Source: Anaerohalosphaeraceae bacterium
Lineage (GTDB): Bacteria; Planctomycetota; Phycisphaerae; Sedimentisphaerales; Anaerohalosphaeraceae
Direction of reading: 5' to 3'
NCBI GenBank assembly: GCA_963675525.2
Contig: CAXXSL010000011.1
Location: 192,001-256,000, forward strand
Length of the DNA: 64,000 nucleotides
Below, one piece after another: positions 56,924 to 64,000 of this stretch. Numbering within the stretch: the first letter of the stretch is position 1; the number at the start of each line of letters is the position of its first letter. The position numbers were made by a program, and so were the translations under genes. The notes beneath the pieces were generated by a model. It saw only the letters and a program-made list of their open reading frames with translations, was not told the DNA's origin and did not search any database.

Positions 56924-58699
56924 CTATACTATTTTCTTTCTTAATCGTATTTTTGTAATAACCAGAAAAACAACCCCGGCTGCTATATGAAGTGACCCAA
57001 CAGCCGTTAACATGATCATTGTCTTAATAAAATTCATCTCTCCCCCGATTTTCCAATGATAGATTAACTGGCTCCAAAGTTTTCCTGCGTGAGATGATCC
57101 ACCTGTTGAATTCAAAATCTCTCCCAAGTGATAAAATGGATTCAGCATGATCACTGCCTCGATCAGATCATCACCCAAATGCATTATTTCACCAATAAGA
57201 ACTGCCAACAGAGGAATTCCTCCCCAGATGAGTGCCACAAAAATCAAATTGGCAATCACCGCACTGGTTGTATGTTTAAACAGGCAGCTAAACAGTACAC
57301 CGGAAGAGGTTGCGAAGAAAACTAAAGGAACAATAATCGTAATAATCTGCGGCAATGCAGCGGGATGGATATAAGTGCTTGTGAAGAAGATAGCATGTAA
57401 AAAAAGAATGGACCAGAACGGCGCACTTCTTCGAAAAACACCAATTACTTTGGCCGCAATGATCTGCCAGTCTGTAACTAACGTACTTAACAATATCGGC
57501 CATGTTCGGCTGTTTTTCTCTGAGGTAATTGTCGTAGCCGCAAAGGTCGCAGTAAAAAAAAGGCCTGAAATAGAAAAGATCATGCCATACATAATATGAC
57601 AATCAGCTTCGTCCAGAAAATTCTCCTGTTCAAAAATGTAGTAGGAAATCAGAATACTCCCCGCGATCAGGATAACAGAAAGAGTTTTTTTGACAACCCC
57701 CATATTAAACGTCGATGACCGTAGTTCTTTCCACAACAGCGGCGGACCTTTGACACGACGAATCTTATCCATTTTCGTGAACAAGAAAAAGCCTCTCTTC
57801 TTCTTAATACGATCCAGCTGTCCGCAGGCCTGCAGCAACGCTTTTTTTCGTACCACGATAACCGCGCGTAAAAACAAGAGAGCCGAACCTGTCAGCATGA
57901 ACAAACAATGCCAGCCCCATCCGAATGTACTAAACGGAATGGAACGGGGGCTGAACAACTCTTGTACCAGTACCTGCATGATAAGCAATGGATTTGCCAC
58001 CATGACCCATTTGAATACAGCGTTTTCCTTGACATCAAAGTGTTCAATTACAATCCAACCTAAAAATAACGGCAAAAATAAATACAGCAATAGCAATGCC
58101 AGAACCGTCCGTATAATTGCAATATAGGCATGTTTGTCATGAATGGAGAAATTCAGGGTGAGCATCCCGGCAAAAATGACAGCCATCAGTGTAATACAAA
58201 AACTTATTAACAGGAAATTCCACGGGACACCGCCAAAAACTCTGACGATCCCAAGGATGGGCAGCGTCAGACATAGAAGTAAAGTAATCTGCAACAGCTT
58301 ACTAAAAATCTTGCCTGCAACAACATGCAATGTACTGATAGGCGTAGACATAAGAACGCCCAATGTTTTGTGGTACACTTCATCACTGATGGAGTTACTC
58401 AACATAACCACCGAAATTATCTGAGCCAGATAAAACTGAATCATCACCACAACACCAGTAATCACCAATCCAACCTGAGACAGTCTGGATATCTGGTAAC
58501 CAATACTGTTGCTCCGTAAGCCAATTTCCTCCGCCCAGATTAAAGCCAGCACAAGCAGCAAGATAAGCAGATACGCCACCCTCAAAAAATAATTCCGCTT
58601 GCGTCTGCTGGATATCCGCAGTTCTTTATCGAAAATCGGCCCTGTTAGCCATGACAAGGTTGTTGCTTTCCAAAAAATGGTTGCCATTGCGTCTCTCAT
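56924..58699 (-). CDS. ABC-2 type permease, paralog 1
   Basis: GPIFDKELRISSRRKR; same architecture. Confidence 0.85.
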   Translation of the reverse strand: MRDAMATIFWKATTLSWLTGPIFDKELRISSRRKRNYFLRVAYLLILLLVLALIWAEEIGLRSNSIGYQISRLSQVGLVITGVVVMIQFYLAQIISVVMLSNSISDEVYHKTLGVLMSTPISTLHVVAGKIFSKLLQITLLLCLTLPILGIVRVFGGVPWNFLLISFCITLMAVIFAGMLTLNFSIHDKHAYIAIIRTVLALLLLYLFLPLFLGWIVIEHFDVKENAVFKWVMVANPLLIMQVLVQELFSPRSIPFSTFGWGWHCLFMLTGSALLFLRAVIVVRKKALLQACGQLDRIKKKRGFFLFTKMDKIRRVKGPPLLWKELRSSTFNMGVVKKTLSVILIAGSILISYYIFEQENFLDEADCHIMYGMIFSISGLFFTATFAATTITSEKNSRTWPILLSTLVTDWQIIAAKVIGVFRRSAPFWSILFLHAIFFTSTYIHPAALPQIITIIVPLVFFATSSGVLFSCLFKHTTSAVIANLIFVALIWGGIPLLAVLIGEIMHLGDDLIEAVIMLNPFYHLGEILNSTGGSSHAGKLWSQLIYHWKIGGEMNFIKTMIMLTAVGSLHIAAGVVFLVITKIRLRKKIV

Positions 58700-58717
58700 A
58701 AATGTATCTCTTTTCGG

Positions 58718-59647
58718 TCAATGAACCATTCCCTTGGTTAATTGCAGGAATGCATCATCCAACTTCATTTTCTCGGGCTCAATGGATATGATATCAACAT
58801 TTCCATGCACCAGTGTTTTGGCAACCACACTTCCGGCAGTCTGGCCGTCGGTGAAGTTTACGAGTAGATATGATTTCTGTTCTGTCACTTTTTCAATCTC
58901 AGGGACAGCATTCAGTAATTCAATGGCCTTTTGCTTGTGCTCATGGAACACCGTAACACGTACCTTGGAATGAGTCCCCAGTTTTTTCCAGATTTCCTCC
59001 AGTGTCCCGCTGAACACAAGTTGTCCATGCTCAATAATCCCCACATAGTCACATATTTCCTCGAGTTCACTAAGGATATGGCTGGAAATCATGATTGTTT
59101 TGCCCATTTTTTTCAGCTCACGCAGCAACTCACGTATTTCGATTCGTGCCCTGGGATCAAGACCACTGGCAGGTTCATCCAGAATCAGTACCTTCGGATC
59201 ATGGATAAGAACTCTGGCTAATCCAAGCCGCTGCTGCATCCCTCTGGAAAGGCTGTCAACAGCTGCATTTTTTTTGCCCACAAGATCTGTTAACTCAAGC
59301 ACGCCTTCAACAATAGACTTTCGTTGTTTGGAAGGAATGTCAAATGCCGCCGCAAAAAACTCAAGATACTCAAAAACTTTTAAATCATCATAGACACCCA
59401 TAAAATCCGGCATGTAGCCAACGGTTCTTCTGACCTCCTTGCCCTGGGTTAAAACGTTTTTTCCATTAACAAACGCCTGGCCGCGGGTTGGCTCCAGAAG
59501 CGTAGCCAGGATTCTCATGGTCGTTGTCTTGCCGGCACCATTGGGACCAATGAAACCATAGATGTCTCCCTGCCCAATTTTGAGGTTCAAGTTCACCAAG
59601 GCCTGAAGCTCACCGTAACATTTTGTTAAATTAGTTATCTCTATCAT
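58718..59647 (-). CDS. ABC transporter ATP-binding protein (exporter type)
   Basis: GPNGAGKTT, LSRGMQQR, DEPASGLD and SSH motifs. Confidence 0.95.
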   Translation of the reverse strand: MIEITNLTKCYGELQALVNLNLKIGQGDIYGFIGPNGAGKTTTMRILATLLEPTRGQAFVNGKNVLTQGKEVRRTVGYMPDFMGVYDDLKVFEYLEFFAAAFDIPSKQRKSIVEGVLELTDLVGKKNAAVDSLSRGMQQRLGLARVLIHDPKVLILDEPASGLDPRARIEIRELLRELKKMGKTIMISSHILSELEEICDYVGIIEHGQLVFSGTLEEIWKKLGTHSKVRVTVFHEHKQKAIELLNAVPEIEKVTEQKSYLLVNFTDGQTAGSVVAKTLVHGNVDIISIEPEKMKLDDAFLQLTKGMVH

Positions 59648-59659
59648 GTTTGCTTCCCC

Positions 59660-61837
59660 TTACAATTCATCTGGAAATACTACCAATCTGTACAATTTAC
59701 GATTGACATAGCCACATTCTTTGTCTTTGATTTGAATCGTCGGCTCCTTTGTATTCATCTCTGCACATACAACTGCCGCCCCTCGCTCAATCATTGCGAT
59801 AAGGGCTTTTGTCCTGTCTAAGCTCCCCTTTGCAATATAGGATTCTTCTGTGTTTAGTATTGGGTTATTAAACTTTATTGTCTCGCGATAATTCTTGTCG
59901 CTATCGATGTGCCAAACCTGCTTTTTCTTAAGGCCGCCTTTGAAAGTCTTTGTTGTAATCGGCTCAAGGGCATCAAATTCAAAAACACGGTTATCAGAAA
60001 AAACAATATATCCTTTTTCCAAACGCGTATCTGACAGATTCGAAACCTCAGCAATAATTTGATTCTGCTGTCTCGTTACCGTTGCTCGGATCGGAAAACT
60101 TTCAACCGGCTCTTCGCATAACAAACACTGCATTGTCCAGATATTCACAGGTAACGCATAAGGGATATTCGCACCATCATACTGCGTGCAGTAAACATTC
60201 CGAGTTGCGCCCTGTCCTCCTCGATAAGAATAGATTTCCCTCTGCTCAGGTGAGATTGCGGACCACCACTGTTTATTGTTGATCCCGTCGAGTTGATATT
60301 TATCGCTCTTGGGTGCAAACAGTCCCGCATGGGTTGACGACCATGTCGAATCTTGTGTCGTAATGGAATCCGTTACTGTAACAGAACGGTATTGAAGTTC
60401 ACCGCTTCGTAATACCTGCACACCGTAATAGGCTCCGACCGTAAAAACAGTAATCCAAAAAGTACAGGTCAGCCATGTCAATGGCTGTCTGTCCAGTTTT
60501 TTCAATACGATGTAGTCCACTGGACCCAGCAACACCGCCAGCAGTACCAGCAACAGGATTACCCACCAGATACTCAAAGGTCGCATCTGCGGAATATTTA
60601 ATAAATATCCCATTACAGCATTACTGCCTGCCTGCTCAAGCCCAATCCCATAGCGATTCGGATAATAATCATAATTATGTTCCTCCTCTTCAGTGTTCAT
60701 ATTTGGTATAATGTCCCGAACAGACATTACCTGAATCTGCTGTAGATCATATTGAAACTGATTATAATTGTAAGACTCATTTTCAGTTTTCTCGGGCAAC
60801 TCAGGTTGTTGGTCCCTAATCACGGAATCCACAAGAACTAAGGAAAGCAAATTAATCCAAAATTGTGGTAATTGATGATTCGCAGCCTTTTCCAGTGTCG
60901 AGGGATCAAACGAAAGCATGCCAATTCTTCCGAATCCACAATATCCGATTCCCAAAAGGGCAGTGTCCTGTTCAGTACTTACAAAATCGCAAAGTCTGGA
61001 ATCATTTGATCTGATGGGCCATGCAATAACTTCTTCGGGCTTTTCGAGCTTCAGTTTGATGATATCGGCGGTTGCCGGCGGAATCGTATATTGTTCTGAA
61101 CTCAGAACTTCAAACGGCAGGCAAGATGCCAACGGATTGTCTTGCGATAATGGATGCGATGATAAGATCAGCAATACCTTTCCTCCATTGCGAACCCACT
61201 GCTCAATGGCCTTCAATTGGTTTGCATTACACTGACTCATGTCGGCGTCATAAAGTACCAGAATATCGAGTGCGCAGTACCCCGTCCAGTCCCAAGGCAG
61301 TTGCACAGGAAGCTTGTCTTTGACAAAGACCCTGCCAATGGAACGACCATATTTACAGGCTGCTTCCTCTTCTAGCTTAAGAATGCCAAACTTTCTTTGC
61401 CCGACGAGGCCCACCAAGAGGTCATTTTCACCGAGTGAATGTAACACTTGTTTGTTTTGGGAGTAATCCCAAAGATTGTAAGACTTTGACCAAACTGTTT
61501 TTCCCTTCGGAGTGGAAATGCGGACCGAGCACTTCTCTGCTCCGTAAGCAAATTTTGTGACCAAAGGAATGTTCAATCGCACATTTGGCGTCAATACAAA
61601 CTCATGATTGATGATCAGATTATTCAGGCCATCTTGTTGTGCGGAAATTGAAAGCACTCCCTGGAAAGGTTCGGTGAGTGTGCTAGTGATACCGACATTG
61701 ACGGTTGTCCACTGCATGGGCCGATAGTAACCATCCCACCCAAAGAAGCAGTCAACATTAAATATGATATCTTCACACAGTCCAGCACCACAGCATAAAA
61801 TAAGTATCTGGGTTAGTACAAACACTTTCTTGACCAT
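59660..61837 (-). CDS. Exported/membrane protein with a class-I glutamine-amidotransferase-like domain, of the type found in VWA/ABC clusters
   Basis: Signal peptide; LDILVL...AIEQWVRNGGKVLL; two TM helices around GPVDY. Confidence 0.7.
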   Translation of the reverse strand: MVKKVFVLTQILILCCGAGLCEDIIFNVDCFFGWDGYYRPMQWTTVNVGITSTLTEPFQGVLSISAQQDGLNNLIINHEFVLTPNVRLNIPLVTKFAYGAEKCSVRISTPKGKTVWSKSYNLWDYSQNKQVLHSLGENDLLVGLVGQRKFGILKLEEEAACKYGRSIGRVFVKDKLPVQLPWDWTGYCALDILVLYDADMSQCNANQLKAIEQWVRNGGKVLLILSSHPLSQDNPLASCLPFEVLSSEQYTIPPATADIIKLKLEKPEEVIAWPIRSNDSRLCDFVSTEQDTALLGIGYCGFGRIGMLSFDPSTLEKAANHQLPQFWINLLSLVLVDSVIRDQQPELPEKTENESYNYNQFQYDLQQIQVMSVRDIIPNMNTEEEEHNYDYYPNRYGIGLEQAGSNAVMGYLLNIPQMRPLSIWWVILLLVLLAVLLGPVDYIVLKKLDRQPLTWLTCTFWITVFTVGAYYGVQVLRSGELQYRSVTVTDSITTQDSTWSSTHAGLFAPKSDKYQLDGINNKQWWSAISPEQREIYSYRGGQGATRNVYCTQYDGANIPYALPVNIWTMQCLLCEEPVESFPIRATVTRQQNQIIAEVSNLSDTRLEKGYIVFSDNRVFEFDALEPITTKTFKGGLKKKQVWHIDSDKNYRETIKFNNPILNTEESYIAKGSLDRTKALIAMIERGAAVVCAEMNTKEPTIQIKDKECGYVNRKLYRLVVFPDEL

Positions 61838-61861
61838 TTTCGCTCCCGAAAAAAATCTGTT

Positions 61862-63829
61862 CTATAATCGAATTTTAGAATTATACACAAACCATTCCAC
61901 GAAAACCAGCAACAGAACTGTTGCGACGATATAAGGCCATATCGCTAAATTAAACCGCTTAATCTCAACTTCGCTGGCTTTGATATCCTGCCCGGTGACC
62001 GTCAGTTGTGCTTGCGGGCGGATATTGCTTTCTTCCCTGTTCAGCAAATTCACCGCGAATAGTCTGGGGTCGGAATCAAGCATTTCAAGGTAATATAAAC
62101 CCACTCGCTCCATTATAGGAAGATGTAATTTCCCGCTTTCTGTTACAATAATTTTTTCATTTTCATAGATAGGGCCATAAAATATCCCCTCAGTGCCTGC
62201 TTTAAATCCCTGTAAAATCATCGGTTCGGCCACGTTTAACTCTGTCTTTTCGCTAAGTCCCGCTTTTTCGGCAAGATAGGAAATTGAATTATAAACAAAC
62301 ATGACAAATCCGGGTTCAAACGGCCAGTTGCTTTCCATAACATCAAATCCTACCAGGATAAAAGTGCTGTTGTTCCTTTGGATAAGCCCGATAGCCGGAG
62401 CATGGTCAAACTCCGCCAGCAGTTCAGCATCCCGCGGCAAGTTCATTTGGTAATATTTGCCGACAAATAAATTCTCCATATTCACATGGTTTAGCACAGG
62501 GTGCTTAGCTCGATAATCAACAACAATCTGATTTTCATCCTGCTTAACAATTTCAACGTCGATTCCTTCGGGGGCCTTTCCGAAGACGAGATAAGAACCT
62601 CTTGCGACTTTTTGTCCGTCGTGCTGATCCAGGACAACAATATCGTAAGGTCTTGCCAGTTCCATCATTTCGCTATCCATCAGTGAAAATTCTTGCGGAG
62701 TACATTTATACAGTTTGACCTGCCGACAGGCCTTAAGGGCAGACTCAAGTACCCGGTTGTCGTTGGTCACAAGTAGGGCCTTGACGTCTTTGGGAGCTGA
62801 AATAACAGCCCATGCAACATCATCAGCCACTAAAGAATCCTTTCTTAGCTGTCGCAGTTCAATGACCCCGTCTTCCAGAGATGAAATATTGAAGTCGACA
62901 CTGATTTGTCCGTTTTTCTCTTCTTTTGTGAGCGGGTCAACACTTTTTCCGAGAATTGTAATGTTTTTCACCGTTTTTAAGTCACCGTTAATACTCAGTT
63001 CCAACTCGGTACTAACGGTTGAGTCATTGTAATTTGTCAGTATCGCAAAAACATTCACCTGTTCGGCATCCTCAAATGACCGTCTCGCTTTCATTGATGT
63101 AATCGCAACATTATCCGAGGAAGTTCCAATGGCTTGATAGATCATCTCGTCTTCTGCGATTTTGAGATTCTGAACGTCCTGGATACCGCCATCGCTGAAA
63201 AGTAAGATCTTGGCGGTTTGCTCAGAGCTGCGGTTATTCGATTCAATATCAGGTGTTTGGCAATAAGCTCTTGCCAGCACGAGGCCCTGTCCCAGATTGG
63301 TACCGCCGTCACCGGGTCTTATCTGTTCAATCGAATTGACCAATTGTTCTTTGTTTGAGGTAAAGTTGCAGACAACCTTGGCGTTGTCATTAATCGTTAC
63401 GATCATGACCTGTGCCGGTTGACGCTTGAGGGAAAAAAAGGACCCCTCTGTCAAAGACCGAACAAAAATCACTGCCTGTTCTTTTGCATATTCCAGCCTG
63501 CTCGGCTTGACATCCGAGGCATTCATGCTTGCGGAATTATCGATTAGCAAGACGTATCGTTGTGTCTTTAAGGAATGCAACGATAAGACGGGGCCTGCCA
63601 GTGCCGCCAAAACAGCAAGCAACATCAGAAGCTGGAGAAACAGCAGAATGTTACGCCGCAACCGTTGAAACGGCGCATTAACCTGCAAGTCCTGCACGGC
63701 CCGCTTCCAGAGAAGCGTACTGGACACAACTTTATCCTGCCGCTTAAGCTTTAAAAAGTATAGCAGCAAAAAAAGTGGTACCGTAATCAGGCCCGCATAT
63801 AATGCTGTTAATGGACTCAGCCAGTTCAT
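61862..63829 (-). CDS. BatA/VWA domain membrane protein
   Basis: BatA-like N-terminal TM helices; MIDAS DNSASM; FSDG; C-terminal TM ending EW. Confidence 0.9.
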   Translation of the reverse strand: MNWLSPLTALYAGLITVPLFLLLYFLKLKRQDKVVSSTLLWKRAVQDLQVNAPFQRLRRNILLFLQLLMLLAVLAALAGPVLSLHSLKTQRYVLLIDNSASMNASDVKPSRLEYAKEQAVIFVRSLTEGSFFSLKRQPAQVMIVTINDNAKVVCNFTSNKEQLVNSIEQIRPGDGGTNLGQGLVLARAYCQTPDIESNNRSSEQTAKILLFSDGGIQDVQNLKIAEDEMIYQAIGTSSDNVAITSMKARRSFEDAEQVNVFAILTNYNDSTVSTELELSINGDLKTVKNITILGKSVDPLTKEEKNGQISVDFNISSLEDGVIELRQLRKDSLVADDVAWAVISAPKDVKALLVTNDNRVLESALKACRQVKLYKCTPQEFSLMDSEMMELARPYDIVVLDQHDGQKVARGSYLVFGKAPEGIDVEIVKQDENQIVVDYRAKHPVLNHVNMENLFVGKYYQMNLPRDAELLAEFDHAPAIGLIQRNNSTFILVGFDVMESNWPFEPGFVMFVYNSISYLAEKAGLSEKTELNVAEPMILQGFKAGTEGIFYGPIYENEKIIVTESGKLHLPIMERVGLYYLEMLDSDPRLFAVNLLNREESNIRPQAQLTVTGQDIKASEVEIKRFNLAIWPYIVATVLLLVFVEWFVYNSKIRL

Positions 63830-63844
63830 TCTATATCATATTCC

Positions 63845-64000
63845 TTATCTTAACAGTCTTATCCGTCTTAAGTAATTTAAGACCAGTAATTCCACTGAAT
63901 CCGATGATTTGGCAGGCACATAGCTTGCCCCGTTTCGAGTACAAAAATCCTTCAGTTCGCTACAATAGGCGGATAGATTTCTTTTGTAATATTTTATCAG
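63845..64000 (-). CDS. C-terminal fragment of a probable DUF58 protein (runs off the window)
   Basis: LIKYYKRNLSAYCSELKDFCTRNGASYVPAKSSDSVELLVLNYLRRIRLLR*; lies directly upstream of the VWA gene. Confidence 0.65.
   Translation of the reverse strand: MIKYYKRNLSAYCSELKDFCTRNGASYVPAKSSDSVELLVLNYLRRIRLLR

Overview
Bacterial chromosomal window. The gene content (dockerin-like and PEP-CTERM secreted proteins, a DUF58/VWA-BatA/ABC cluster, FHA protein) suggests an anaerobic Planctomycetota, probably Phycisphaerae; that assignment is inference. From about 21.6 kb onward it is mostly housekeeping and accessory genes: proAB, ispG, lexA, rlmN, a P-type ATPase, archaeal-type homocysteine synthesis genes, tRNA-Leu(CAA), tRNA-Arg(TCG) and four tandem ABC-2 permeases. 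The left part holds glycoside hydrolases and a visibly AT-richer island between tRNA-Cys and tRNA-Gly (about 6.0-21.5 kb). The main result is in that island: a co-oriented cluster of PIG-L deacetylase, ARC/Mpa-type (proteasome-family) AAA+ ATPase, ubiquitin-like protein, E2-like protein, JAB peptidase and an E1. The E1 carries a Pro-rich linker and about 4 C-terminal transmembrane helices. The ATPase lacks the proteasome-docking tail and has an Asp in place of the Walker-B Glu. Divergently transcribed is a 1054-aa protein with a periplasmic sugar-binding domain, a TM helix and a SARP-like region. A conserved 30-bp direct-repeat promoter element sits in front of four island transcription units. 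Domain calls come from motif recognition by eye; no searches were run.
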